DNA of 64,000 nt from a virus (IMGVR_UViG_3300011008_000032:20728-84727), one strand, 5' to 3'; shown: positions 37,794-49,439, counted from the stretch's first letter. Numbers and translations are program-made. The notes: generated by a model not told the origin, from the letters alone.

Positions 37794-40700
37794 TTGGCAT
37801 ATAATTATACCATTAAATTCAATGGTGATATTTCTAATATAGAAAGTTTATTATCTAAGAAACTTATAAAAGAAATACAAAAAGTCGAAGAAAATAAAAT
37901 TACTTTTACTTTTGATATAAAGAACGGAGTAGATGATCTACAAGATAAATTAGATGAAATTGCTAAGTTTTTAGATCCTACTATTGGAGTTCAATTTAAA
38001 TATGAAGTAAATAAAAAACTATTAGAAGGTGTCAAGAATGATCTACAGAAAGAAATAAACGAAGGGTTTGGAGACTCTAAAAACGCAGAACACCTAAGAA
38101 AAGTAATAGAAGAAATTACTTCTCAAATGAAGGAACTTGAGGGTTTAGGAGCTAATCCTGATTATATTTCGAATATTAGTTCGGAAGCTCAAAAGGCCCA
38201 AGAAACAATAGAAGCACTTGAAAAAAGTGTTGAAGATTTAAATAAGAGATTATCTCAAAGTGTAAGTATTGATGAATTTGATGAATTAAAAAAACAAATA
38301 GATGAAGCTAATCAAAAAATAAATGAGTTAGTTGATAAAAACGAAGAGCTCCAAAATGAATTAAATGGTAAGGGCGACTATCATTTTAGTTATTATTCTG
38401 ATTTTGTAGAAGCACAAAAACAAGCTGAAGAATTACGATCTGAAGTTGAACGTCTTAACGAAGAATTATTAATGGCTTCTGCTGGCGGAGGATCTGGAAC
38501 CGGTAGCAATGACACTCTTGGATTTAATTTATCGGCAATTAACAGAATTGTTGCTGCCGTCGAAAAAATTAGTAATGCAATTGGTGAAATGCCAGAAGAA
38601 GGACAGAACCTTCTGCATTTTATTCAAGAAGTAAATGAATCACTAAAAGAAGTTTATGCTAATGTACAAGAAATAAGTCTTGTTGGAACAAATGTTCATA
38701 TTGAGATGGGTGACACCCAATCAATTGAAACTAAACAATATTTAAGAAAACAATTTAAAATATATAAAGAATCGTATGAGAAATTCTTTGGTGGTAAGTT
38801 TATTAATCCAACTAATGTGTTCTCTGCTATTGCTAATGATAAAAAATATGGTGAAATATTTGGTTATGACGTAGAGAAAGTCAAAAGCAGATATGGTATT
38901 GATGAAATTACATCATTAAAAGACACTGAAACCCAGGTTAAAAGAATAATTGAATTCTTTAATACCATTGATGCTGTAATAAAATCAAGAAAAAAGACAC
39001 CCGGCTATGATAAAAACTTTGAGTTTAATAAGGAATTAAATTTAGCAAATAGTCGTGCTAAACGTGTTGTAAAAGAACGTGATATTACCACTATTGACGA
39101 GGAAATGAAGGCCATAGAAAATGGCGTTGGTAAAGATATCCTTGCTAAACTTAATGGTGATGTTAAAGAAGAAATTTCTGATGATGTTAAATCATTAGAT
39201 GATATTGTGTCTAAACTTGAAGAGATCAGAGTTATTTTGGAAAGAATAACTTCTGAAAACAGTTTAGGGCAAGTATTTGATGGTGTTATTAGTAAACTTG
39301 AAGAATTTAAGAATGTTCTAAGCACAATTAACTATGATAAAATAGCCTCTATTACAAATGAAAAAGGTGATGTTCAAAAATGGTATAGGGGTGTTAATGG
39401 TGTAAAAAGCGGATTCTTATCTAATGCAGATGATGGTCAAACGTATTGGACAACTAATATAGAATTAGCTCAAAGATATGCTGAAGAAGTTGGTAAGGTA
39501 TATGAAGCAGAATTAAAAGCTAAAAATGTTTTAGAGTTGGATGCTGAAGGAAAAGGATCTGATGAAGTCGAGTTTATTGGGACTCAGGAAGGTAAGGATG
39601 CCGCAGAGTCTCTTATAGGAGCAAGAAACGCGCTCAATAAATATAAAGAAGACTTAAACGAACTCTATGCTCAATTAAATGAAATTCCTACTTTTGAGAT
39701 ATGGGAACGTAGTGATAAAAATAATGAGATAGAATTAAAAAAGAGTCAGATTAAAGATTTAGAAAACGAAATAGAGATTTTAGAATCAAAGGTTGAAGAT
39801 TCTATAATTCTTGGTACTCATGATATTTCTGCGTGGGCACAGAATAATGGATATGATGGCATTATATTTAATAACGTTAAAACAGCCGTAGATGATATAG
39901 AAAAGCTTGGCTCTACTATGGTAGTATTTTCTGCCGATCAAGAAGCTGCATTAAAAACTATCACTGATGCTTCAAGTGGTGACGAAGAAAAGCAAAAAAT
40001 ACAAACTCTTTCTGAAGAATTAGAAGAAGTTATTAAGACTATTCAATCTAAAACAGAACAATTTGAAATTGAGAAACAAGTTGTTAACAATGTCGTAGAG
40101 GAAGAGCGTAATAAATTATATGAATTAATTACTACGTTATCAGAAGTTCAAGCAACGATTGAATCTGCTTATAGATCATTTGATGGTTTTTCTAATGTTA
40201 ATATTGATTCGTTAGAGTCTTTTTTTACATCTTTAAAAAAGAGTATTGAGAACATAGATTTTGGTAGTGGATTTCTTAGTCAGATAAATGAGATTCTTTC
40301 AAAAGGTGAAGAATTAAAGAATCTTGCTAAATCACTTGATACGCTTTCTAAAAATAAAGGGGCATCAAAAGCCGCTAAAAAAGCTACCGGCACTAATTCT
40401 AAAAAGAGTAAAAGTGAAAAAGAAAAAATAGAAGAAGTTAAAAAGGCATATAAAACTTTAATATCTACTGAAGAGAAATTTCAGAAATTAGAGAATAAAA
40501 AGTCAAGATCCGATTTAACTAAGGATGAAGTTTATACATATACAAAATTAAATGAACAACGTGAACAAGCTAAAGCGATTATTAGTGAAGCTTCCGAAGA
40601 AGTAAAAAAAGAAGTTGGATTAGAGCAAAAACGTTTGGATGTTGCTAATCAAATTACTAAAGCTTTAGAAGAACAAAATAAAGTTGAAGATAAACAAAAA

Positions 40701-41726
40701 TCAGATAAATTAAAATCTAGTCTTCAATCTATGATAGATAAAACCGAACAAATGTCGGTTAATCCAAAATTCATAGAATCATTTAGAGACGAATTAAGCG
40801 CAGCCGCTGTTAAAGCTACCAAGGCTTTAAATGGAACTGATGATGAAATAATAGAAATAACTGCTGATTTAGATAAATTAACTTCTAATATTCCAAAAGA
40901 TAAATTAGAAAGTAGTTTTACTAAATTAGAAAAACTTGGATTAGATGTTGCGAATGTATTAAATAATAATACGGCAATGAGTTATAAGTTACGGAGAGAA
41001 TTTGAACTTTTAGCCGCAGAAATACAGGAAGCATTAGATTCAGGAAATTGGAATGATGTAGGTGGTCTACAAAAATTTCAGCAAAAGTTAATAAGTCTTC
41101 AAAGGACTATGAAACAAGCCGGACAAGATGGCGATTCAATGTGGAGAAGAATTGGTAATAGACTTGCCGATATGAATTCTAAAATGATCGCACAATATTT
41201 GTCTTGGCAAGATATTATTCGTTATATAAGGCAGATATCTGGTGAAGTTATAAAGCTTGATACTGCTCTTACAGAATTAAGAAAAGTTTCAGATGCTCCA
41301 GACGACCGTTTACAACAGTCACTTGGAAAATCTACTGAAACAGCAAAAGAACTTGGAGCCACAATTGAGGATGTTATTAATGTTACGGCGGACTGGGCAC
41401 GTTTAGGTTACAACGTAGACGAAGCAGAAGAACTTGCAAGGGTTACTACCCTTTTCAAAAACGTTGGTGATAATATGTCTGCCGAAGATGCAAGTTCATT
41501 TATGATCTCAACTCTTAAAGGTTTTGAGATGGAAGCTGATCAGGCAATGGATATCGCTGATAAGTTTAATGAAGTTGCTAACAATTTTGCCATTGATACA
41601 ATGGGAATAGGTGACGCATTACAAAGATCTGCTGCATCATTCAATGCCGCCAATACAGATTTAAATGAAAGTATTGCATTAATTACTGCTACTAATGCAG
41701 TCGTTCAAAATCCGGAAAGTGTCGGT
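37794..41726 (+). CDS. tail tape measure protein, exon 1 (includes ART-like insert)
   Basis: TTG start after GGAGGTG; 1311 codons of coiled coil leading into the tape-measure core (IKLDTALTELRKV...ADWARLGY...QNPESVG). Confidence 0.88.
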
Positions 41727-43034
41727 AAATAATATGCCGACTCATACAGTAATGTATGATTATAAAAAGTAGCTATATCGGTTAAAATCCAGAGATGGTT
41801 AAGACCGAGGTAAGATTTATAAATACTTATTTTTTACACGTCAATTAGGAAGGGCGTGTATTTTTATGTCCAAAAGGAGGAATATGCCTGCCAAAGGACA
41901 ACTAACAGGAATTTTTATTAAATGTGAAAATTGTGGTAAAGAAGTATATAAAACTCAATCACAATATAAAAAAGCTTTACATCATTATTGCTCTAATAAA
42001 TGTCAAAAAATAGTACTACATAATCTCACATATGAAAATAGGAAATGTGAAATATGTGGGAAAGAATTTGAGGTTAGTAAAAAATCCACACAAAGATTTT
42101 GTTCTACAAATTGTCAAAAAATATGGCAAACTCAACAAGTGGGAATCCTAAATCCTAGATTTAATCGTAGTGAATATAACTGTGATTATTGTGGTAAAAC
42201 AATATATGTTATGCCTTGTGAATTAAAACTATTTAAAAAACATTTCTGTTCTGATGATTGTAGAATTAAATGGTATGCTGAAGATTATTCTCAAAGACCA
42301 GAATGGAGAGAAGAATCTCGTATTCGAGCTGTAGATATATTAAATAGTGGAACTATAAGTACAACTAATACAAAACCTCAAATTATAATAAATAATTTAT
42401 TAGATAAATTACAAATACCATATAGAAACGAAGAACCTTTTGATTACTATTCTGCCGATAATTATTTATATAATAATAATTTGATCATTGAAGTAATGGG
42501 AGATTTTTGGCATGGGCATGGTTCGCCAATTAAATATCAATATAATAATTTATATGATATACAATTAAAAAATATAAAAAGAGATAAATTAAAATGTATG
42601 CATATAAAGAATAAATATAATATAAATATTTTATATTTATGGGAAAATGATATTTATAAAAATATAGAAATGTGTGAAAAATTAATAATACTATATGTTC
42701 AAATGAGTGGGAAATTAAATAATTATCACTCATTTAATTATTATTTTGACAATGAAATAAAACTAAATTCTAAATTAATAATACCATATCAGGACATAGC
42801 TGCGTAATTTAATGCCTAATCATTTGAATTCGTAGTATAAAATAAGTATTTATAAAAAACCGTAGAGACTGTAATGGTTTATGTGGTGACATATAAACCT
42901 CCGCTACTCCCCTATTTACATAGGGTGAAGATCCAGTCCGAACTGCAAATATAATCTAGAAATGAAATTGCAGAGATAAGCAGAAATGACTTATCCGCCT
43001 ATTGTTTATAATAGGTCATAAAAGTAACAGTTTG
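41727..43034 (+). mobile_element. group I intron with endonuclease ORF, in tape measure gene
   Basis: P1 GUCGGU/GCCGAC with U.G; P3 GUAGC/GCUAC; R CCGUAGAGACUG; S AAGAUCCAGUCC; ORF flanked by stem UUAUAAAUACUUAUUUU/AAAAUAAGUAUUUAUAA; terminal G 43034; splice gives SVG|TMWKTVSARIRG. Confidence 0.9.
41866..42807 (+). CDS. intron-encoded endonuclease: CxxC Zn-finger repeats plus Vsr/DUF559-like nuclease domain
   Basis: Three C..CGK...CS..C repeats; IIEVMGDFWHG...KRDKLK; Vsr-like (EDxHD-type) fold by motif. Confidence 0.75.
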   Translation: MSKRRNMPAKGQLTGIFIKCENCGKEVYKTQSQYKKALHHYCSNKCQKIVLHNLTYENRKCEICGKEFEVSKKSTQRFCSTNCQKIWQTQQVGILNPRFNRSEYNCDYCGKTIYVMPCELKLFKKHFCSDDCRIKWYAEDYSQRPEWREESRIRAVDILNSGTISTTNTKPQIIINNLLDKLQIPYRNEEPFDYYSADNYLYNNNLIIEVMGDFWHGHGSPIKYQYNNLYDIQLKNIKRDKLKCMHIKNKYNINILYLWENDIYKNIEMCEKLIILYVQMSGKLNNYHSFNYYFDNEIKLNSKLIIPYQDIAA

Positions 43035-46000
43035 ACAATGTGGAAGACGGTTTCTGCTCGTATACGTGGGGCGAAAGCAGAATTAGAAGAAGCCGGAGAA
43101 GACACCGAAGGAATGGTTGAGTCTACATCAAAACTACGAGCTCTTGTAAAAGGGTTTACTGGTTTTGACATTATGGAAGACGAAAAAACCTTTAAATCTA
43201 TTTATGATATAATACTTGGAATTGGCGAGAAGTGGCAAGATTTAAATGATATAGATCGCGCAGCTCTTCTTGAAGCTTTGGCGGGAAAAAGAGCTGGGAA
43301 CGCTCTTGCGGCTGCTCTTAACAACGTAGACGATCTTAAAGCTGCATATGAAACTGCTCTTAATGCATCTGGTTCCGCTATGAAGGAACAAGAGAATTAT
43401 GAGAAATCTATTCAATATTCAATTGATAGATTAAAAGCAACTGCTCAAGATTTAGCTCAAGACTTTATGAGTTCTGATTTTATTAAGGGGGCAGTTGATT
43501 TTCTTAATAAAATCTTAGAGTTATTAGATGCCATTGTTGAAAAAACTGGATCTTTAGTTCCCATTCTAACCGCTTTAGGTACAGCATATGCATCCGTTAA
43601 AGTTGGAAAAACTACAACAGATGCAATTGGTAGTCTTAAGGAATTATTAGATTTAGGTAAAAGTAAAAAATCATTTTCATTTGGTGGAATAATAGATTGG
43701 TTAAAACAACCAGCCTTTAAAAACGCTACACAAACAATGACAGAATTATCTGACGCTGCGGCAAACACAGCAGTTGAAGTTAACGAAACATTAGATATAA
43801 TGGCAGGTGCTCAAGGTGCTGCAACTTATTCAGAAGCAATGGGAAGTGCCGCAGCTAGTACAGCGGCGTTAGAAACCACTGCCGCTGGCGCAACCATAAG
43901 TGTAGGGGCATTATTAGGTATTATTGCTGCTGCGGTGGCTGTAGTGGCTGGCGCAGTTATTATTTATGATGCACTTACTATTTCAGTTGAAGAAGCAACT
44001 GAATATATGGATAAGTGGAATAAAACACTTGATGAAAATAAAAAGAAATTAGAATCTCAAAGACAAGTTGCTGAAAAAGCAAAAGAATCTTATTTTGAAT
44101 TAGCCGAAGGTGTTAATACTCTTAATAATCAAAATATAAATCTATCTGATGAAGATTATAATGAGTTTATAAGTTTAAATAATGAACTTGCAGAACAATT
44201 CCCAGAATTAATAACTGGAATTGACACTGAAGGTAATTATATTATTAATCTTGGAGATAATGCGGCACAAGCGGCTACAAAACTTCAAGAATTAATAGAT
44301 AGGCAAGAAAGACTAAATAATATTGAAATTGCAAACTCATTGTCTGAAACATTTGAAAACTCTAAAGTGTTAATGGAAGACAATGAGAAGTCTGCTAAAA
44401 GTTTTGAATTTCAAATTGAAAACTTTAAAAAAAGCCTATCTGATTTAAATTCAGAAATTTTAAGTGATAAGATATCAAGCAATAACATTGAGACAATGAA
44501 TATGCTTGTAAAATCACTTAAAGACTCAGGTTTATATAATGATTTAATAGATCAGGGTTTAGCTGGGTACGAAGATAGTTTAGATGAATATGGGAATATT
44601 ATTTCTGAATTCTATATAAATACCACTACTTTAAGTGAAGAACAAAAAGCAGCTTTAAAAGATGTAATAGATACCAATTCTGCTATTGTTAAACAAGATT
44701 TAATTGATTCAATTAATTCACTAGAGACACAATTAGAGAATGAGGCATTTAAATCTGATGCTACTTGGCAATCTTTTGTTTATGAAAATCTTGTACCCGC
44801 TATGCATTCTAAAGCCGGGTATAATACTCTTTCTGAAAGTGGTAAACAGCTTGCAGACGCTTTAGTTTCAGGATTGTCTTCTGGTACTGCATCAGCAATG
44901 GAAAATTATAAAGATCCATATGAATATATTCAACAAGAAATAATTCCTCATTTGGATGAATTAGAAAATCAAGTATTTAAATCTTTAGATGGTAATGATT
45001 TAAATATAATGGATCTTTTTAATGGAGATTTATCTAATGAAGAATTGGTAAATCTTTATACTCAAATTCAAAGTTATTTTAAAGCAAATGGGATAGAATT
45101 ATCATTTAAAGTTGGAGAGGATGCTCTTGAAACAGATAATGAATTTAATTCTAACCTTGAAAATATAATAGGTTACAATCCTCATACTAAGAAATATAGA
45201 GAGGAAAAAGAAAAGTTAGTAGATATTACAAAAGAATTATCTACTGAAGAAAAGAAAACATGGAATAGCGTAATAAGTGGTGCAAAAAATGCCGACGAAG
45301 CAATACAACTTTGGAATAAACATTTAGAAGAAACTAGTCAATTATTAGACAAAATTTCTAATAAACCTTTATCTACTTCTGAAACTATTGACGAGCTTGA
45401 TAAACTTGGAAATAGTTTAAGTCCTTTAGATAAAGCTTTTTCAGAGTTATATGATAAAGATGATATGGAAGTAGATCTTAGTAGTATAAAGGCTATTAAG
45501 GATTCTCTTCTTGAATTAAATGAAAACTTTGATCTTTCTTCTGTTGAGACACAATTAGAAACATTATATAACGCTAAATCTCCACAAGAAGCTCAAGAAG
45601 CTGTAAACGATTTATGTACCGCTTTTTTAAATACTTCTACTATTCTTGAAAAAATAGATTCGAATAACAGAGATTTAATTGAATCCGATTTAAAAAGGCT
45701 AGGAATTACTAATTCTCATATTTTGGTACTTGATGCTTTAGATAAAGCTGGTAAACAATTGACAGATACTGAAAAAGAAGAATTAGCTACTATTCGTGGT
45801 ACTTCTGTAGGATTAAAAGAAACAACAGAATACTACGAAAAGAATACAAAAGCTGGATATGACGCTGTAGATGCCACTAAAGCTGAAAGAGATGAATTAT
45901 ATAAACAAGCTGAAGCAGCTAATTTAGACGTTGTTGCTCTTGGAGAATTAGAACTTGCACAAATAGCTTGTAATAATGCTAAGATGGATTTTAGCCAACA

Positions 46001-49000
46001 ACTTTCAGCATTGCAAGATTTATTTGAACAGCTTAATTTGGATACAACTGCTGCATATGGTTTAGCGGCAGCTTTAAGTTTCAAAAATCAAATGGAAGTA
46101 ACTGGTCATGGAACACAGTATGAATTTTGGTCAAATAAATCAGAATCGGAAAAAAAGGCGTATCAAGATGAATTAATAAACAATGCTATTGAAGATGCTC
46201 GTAAAAGCTTATCGGCAGCATATGAACCAATTAAGGCCGATTACTCAAATAGTCCATCTGTTAAAGCAGCTAAAGAAGCTAGCTCTGCAGCTAAGGATGC
46301 AGCCGAAACATTTGATTGGCTTGAAACTAAGATTCAACGTTGTGAAGAAGAAATTCAACGTTTAGATAAAACTGTTTCGGCAACATATAAAGGTTGGTCT
46401 AAACGTAACGGTGCTATTGCGTCTGAATTAGACAAAGTTCGTGAAAAGATTCAACTTCAGATGACCGCTTATGATGTTTATATGAAGAAAGCTAATTCTA
46501 TTGGTCTTAGCGATACATATAAACAACTTGTAATGCACGGCGGTTTAAAGATCGAAGAAATTTCTGACGAAAACCTAAAGAAACAAATAAATGATTTTAA
46601 GACATTTTATGAGAAAGCGATAGCGGCTAAAGATGCTGTTGAAGATTTAAATGCTCAACTTACACAGTTAGCAAAACAAAAGTTCGATAACGTCAAATCT
46701 GAGTTCGAAGGCTTCACATCTGAGATTGAACACTTTGTCAATATGATTGATAAGGAACTCTCTCATGTTGAAAACATGGAGAAGATTGCCGGTAAATCAT
46801 TCTATACGGCAAAGATGGATCAGGACGAACAACGACTTGAAGAACTCAACAAGGAGCGTACTGCTCTCCTGCAGGCACTTCGTGAGGCCGAGGCAAATGG
46901 TGTTGAGGAAGGCTCTGCTGATTGGATTGCAATGCGGAATGATATCTACTCGGTAGACGAAGCGATTGCGGATTTAACGTATGAACTCGAAGACCTCAAG
47001 AAGAAACTTAAGGAAGTCGCTAAATTAAACTTTGACGATCTTAAAAGCCAGTTCGAGAATGCATTAAGCCTTATAACTGGTCAAGTTGATCTTACGGATG
47101 CGGTAGTATCTATGACTCAGAATGCTGGATATATAGCATCTCGTGAATACTATAAAGCTCTCATAGAGGGGTCTAAAGAAAATGTAACCGCTTTAAGAAA
47201 AGAATACACAAGACTATCAGATGAGTTGACAAAAGCAATGTCATCTGGAGATATAGAAAAATATGACAAACAATGGTACGAAATGTCTAATTCTATATCT
47301 AACGTTAAGAAAGAACTCGTAGATGCAGCTAATGCAACTATAGAGTATGCTAATGCACTCCGTCAGATCGATTGGGATGTATTTGATCGTGGTCTTGATA
47401 GGATATCGAAACTTATAGATGAGGGACAATTCTTTATCGACCTGCTTGAATACAGCAAGTTGTTTGATAAAGATACCGGGGCATGGACAGATGAAGGAAT
47501 AACTACTCGTGGTCTAATGGTTGAAAGATATCAGGAATATATGGATCAGGCAAATGCTTATGGTTCTGAGGCCGAAGAAATTAGAAAACTATTAGAAGGA
47601 GATCCTAAGAACGTTCAATTAGCAGATCGCTATTATGAATTAATAGATGCACAACAGCAGGCTATTCTGAATGCAAAGCGCGAAAAGAAAGCAATTGAAG
47701 ATTTATATAAGAACGGATACGATAATTTACTAGATGTATTGCGTAAACTTATTCAAGAATATAGAGACGGCTTGAATGCCGCTAAGGATTTATACGATTA
47801 TCAAAAAAATATAGAGAATCAAACTGCCAACATAGGCAATATTGAGAAGCAAATTCAAGCTTATAGCGGTAGTGCTGATTCGGAAGAAACTCGTGCTACT
47901 TTACAGAGACTTAATAGTCAACTTAAGGAAGCACAAGAAGAATTACAAAAAACAGAATACGATAAATATATAGAGGATCAAGGTAACTTACTCGATAGTT
48001 TCTTAGAACAACTTGAAGATTGGTTTAATAGTAAGATAGACGAATCAAATGCTTTGTTCGAAGAAGCTGTTGCTGCAACAAATCTTAACGGTAAACTTAT
48101 AGACGACACACTCCATGAGGAAGCTGCCGCTGTAAATTACCGTATGACAGATGAGTTTGCGAATATATGGGATCAGTATGCTGCCGAGGATGGTATTGCT
48201 GCTGGCACACTTAATATTCTTACCCTTACTAATGAAGTAACTACGGACATTCGTGCAAAGATGGAAGAACTTCCTACCGAAGCACGACTTGAAGAGTTCT
48301 TTAATAGTGATGATCTTAGACTTCTTCAGGAACTTACGAGTGTTAAGTATAATACAGCTGGAATGATAGATGCTATTAACTCTACTAATTCTGCACTTGA
48401 TCAGATTAAGAGTAATATAGTTGAGTATTCCGGTATACTTGGTCAAAAGATTGATTATGCCGGAGGACAAGTTACAAGTGCTATTAATAGTCTTGAATTT
48501 AGTTCCGGCAATACAAGTTATAGTGCACCAAGTGGTGGAGGCGGAGGCGGTTCTACTACTACTCAAACACCAAAACAGGATACTTCTACTAACAAAACCA
48601 CTCCTCAGTATAAAAATTATTTTGTTACTGTACAAAAAGAATATGATGATAGGGGTTATAAATTAAATAAACCCATAGTTAAAGAAACTTATAATGATAA
48701 AACTCTTGCAGAAGCTCAAAAATTAGCCGATCAGTTAATTAAAAACGGGAAGAATTCCGGAGGATATGTTGTTAGAGTTAATCACTATAAACGAGGCGGT
48801 TTAGTTTCTGATAATAAAAACTTCCTCGACTCTATAGCTCGTCTCCTTGGTGAAGATCATATGGTTGCTGCCAAAGAAGGGGAACGTATTCTCACTGAAG
48901 AACAAAATAAGGCATTTGAAAAGATGGTAAATGCTAATTTCACACCTCTTAATGATGAAGAAAGAAATAAGTACACCATAGATAAGATGATAGAAGGAAT

Positions 49001-49211
49001 GACGCATATACAAACTCCTAATGTTGGTAATGTGTCTAATATTGGTAATACTACTACGGTTGGTGATATTAATATTACTCTTCCGAATGTTACCAATAAA
49101 GAAGAATTTGTCCAATGGCTTAGAACAGATGGACAAGTGGAAAAGATAATTCAATCTCTCACGATAGGTCGAATGATGGGAAAGAATTCTTTTGATAAGA
49201 TGAAATACTAA
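43035..49211 (+). CDS. tail tape measure protein, exon 2
   Basis: In frame with ORF 43002..49211; hydrophobic Ala-rich segment, long coiled coils, C-terminal HYKRGG; spliced total 3369 aa. Confidence 0.88.
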   Translation, partial: TMWKTVSARIRGAKAELEEAGEDTEGMVESTSKLRALVKGFTGFDIMEDEKTFKSIYDIILGIGEKWQDLNDIDRAALLEALAGKRAGNALAAALNNVDDLKAAYETALNASGSAMKEQENYEKSIQYSIDRLKATAQDLAQDFMSSDFIKGAVDFLNKILELLDAIVEKTGSLVPILTALGTAYASVKVGKTTTDAIGSLKELLDLGKSKKSFSFGGIIDWLKQPAFKNATQTMTELSDAAANTAVEVNETLDIMAGAQGAATYSEAMGSAAASTAALETTAAGATISVGALLGIIAAAVAVVAGAVIIYDALTISVEEATEYMDKWNKTLDENKKKLESQRQVAEKAKESYFELAEGVNTLNNQNINLSDEDYNEFISLNNELAEQFPELITGIDTEGNYIINLGDNAAQAATKLQELIDRQERLNNIEIANSLSETFENSKVLMEDNEKSAKSFEFQIENFKKSLSDLNSEILSDKISSNNIETMNMLVKSLKDSGLYNDLIDQGLAGYEDSLDEYGNIISEFYINTTTLSEEQKAALKDVIDTNSAIVKQDLIDSINSLETQLENEAFKSDATWQSFVYENLVPAMHSKAGYNTLSESGKQLADALVSGLSSGTASAMENYKDPYEYIQQEIIPHLDELENQVFKSLDGNDLNIMDLFNGDLSNEELVNLYTQIQSYFKANGIELSFKVGEDALETDNEFNSNLENIIGYNPHTKKYREEKEKLVDITKELSTEEKKTWNSVISGAKNADEAIQLWNKHLEETSQLLDKISNKPLSTSETIDELDKLGNSLSPLDKAFSELYDKDDMEVDLSSIKAIKDSLLELNENFDLSSVETQLETLYNAKSPQEAQEAVNDLCTAFLNTSTILEKIDSNNRDLIESDLKRLGITNSHILVLDALDKAGKQLTDTEKEELATIRGTSVGLKETTEYYEKNTKAGYDAVDATKAERDELYKQAEAANLDVVALGELELAQIACNNAKMDFSQQLSALQDLFEQLNLDTTAAYGLAAALSFKNQMEVTGHGTQYEFWSNKSESEKKAYQDELINNAIEDARKSLSAAYEPIKADYSNSPSVKAAKEASSAAKDAAETFDWLETKIQRCEEEIQRLDKTVSATYKGWSKRNGAIASELDKVREKIQLQMTAYDVYMKKANSIGLSDTYKQLVMHGGLKIEEISDENLKKQINDFKTFYEKAIAAKDAVEDLNAQLTQLAKQKFDNVKSEFEGFTSEIEHFVNMIDKELSHVENMEKIAGKSFYTAKMDQDEQRLEELNKERTALLQALREAEANGVEEGSADWIAMRNDIYSVDEAIADLTYELEDLKKKLKEVAKLNFDDLKSQFENALSLITGQVDLTDAVVSMTQNAGYIASREYYKALIEGSKENVTALRKEYTRLSDELTKAMSSGDIEKYDKQWYEMSNSISNVKKELVDAANATIEYANALRQIDWDVFDRGLDRISKLIDEGQFFIDLLEYSKLFDKDTGAWTDEGITTRGLMVERYQEYMDQANAYGSEAEEIRKLLEGDPKNVQLADRYYELIDAQQQAILNAKREKKAIEDLYKNGYDNLLDVLRKLIQEYRDGLNAAKDLYDYQKNIENQTANIGNIEKQIQAYSGSADSEETRATLQRLNSQLKEAQEELQKTEYDKYIEDQGNLLDSFLEQLEDWFNSKIDESNALFEEAVAATNLNGKLIDDTLHEEAAAVNYRMTDEFANIWDQYAAEDGIAAGTLNILTLTNEVTTDIRAKMEELPTEARLEEFFNSDDLRLLQELTSVKYNTAGMIDAINSTNSALDQIKSNIVEYSGILGQKIDYAGGQVTSAINSLEFSSGNTSYSAPSGGGGGGSTTTQTPKQDTSTNKTTPQYKNYFVTVQKEYDDRGYKLNKPIVKETYNDKTLAEAQKLADQLIKNGKNSGGYVVRVNHYKRGGLVSDNKNFLDSIARLLGEDHMVAAKEGERILTEEQNKAFEKMVNANFTPLNDEERNKYTIDKMIEGMTHIQTPNVGNVSNIGNTTTVGDINITLPNVTNKEEFVQWLRTDGQVEKIIQSLTIGRMMGKNSFDKMKY

Positions 49212-49271
49212 TTTAGTATTAGTGGAGGGCATAGTTTAAAATATGCCCTCCTATTTATATGGAGTAAAAGG

Positions 49272-49439
49272 ATGAAAATAAAATATATTTTTAGTTTAAG
49301 AATGGCTGCTTATTTAATGAATAATGGATGTCCAATTAAAGGTGTGCGTCCTAATGCTAAAGTAAAAAACAAAGACGTATATGTATTTGAGGATACGGAA
49401 AAATTAAATATGTTAATTCATCAATATCAAAAACAATAA
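49272..49439 (+). CDS. small DUF5659-like protein (55 aa)
   Basis: Manual translation MKIKYIFSLRMAAYLMNNGCPI...VYVFEDTEKL. Confidence 0.6.
   Translation: MKIKYIFSLRMAAYLMNNGCPIKGVRPNAKVKNKDVYVFEDTEKLNMLIHQYQKQ

Noticed and set aside
43002-43034. TTG start for a stand-alone 2069-aa protein
   Set aside because: It lies inside the intron 3' end with no RBS; the frame is exon 2 of the tape measure.
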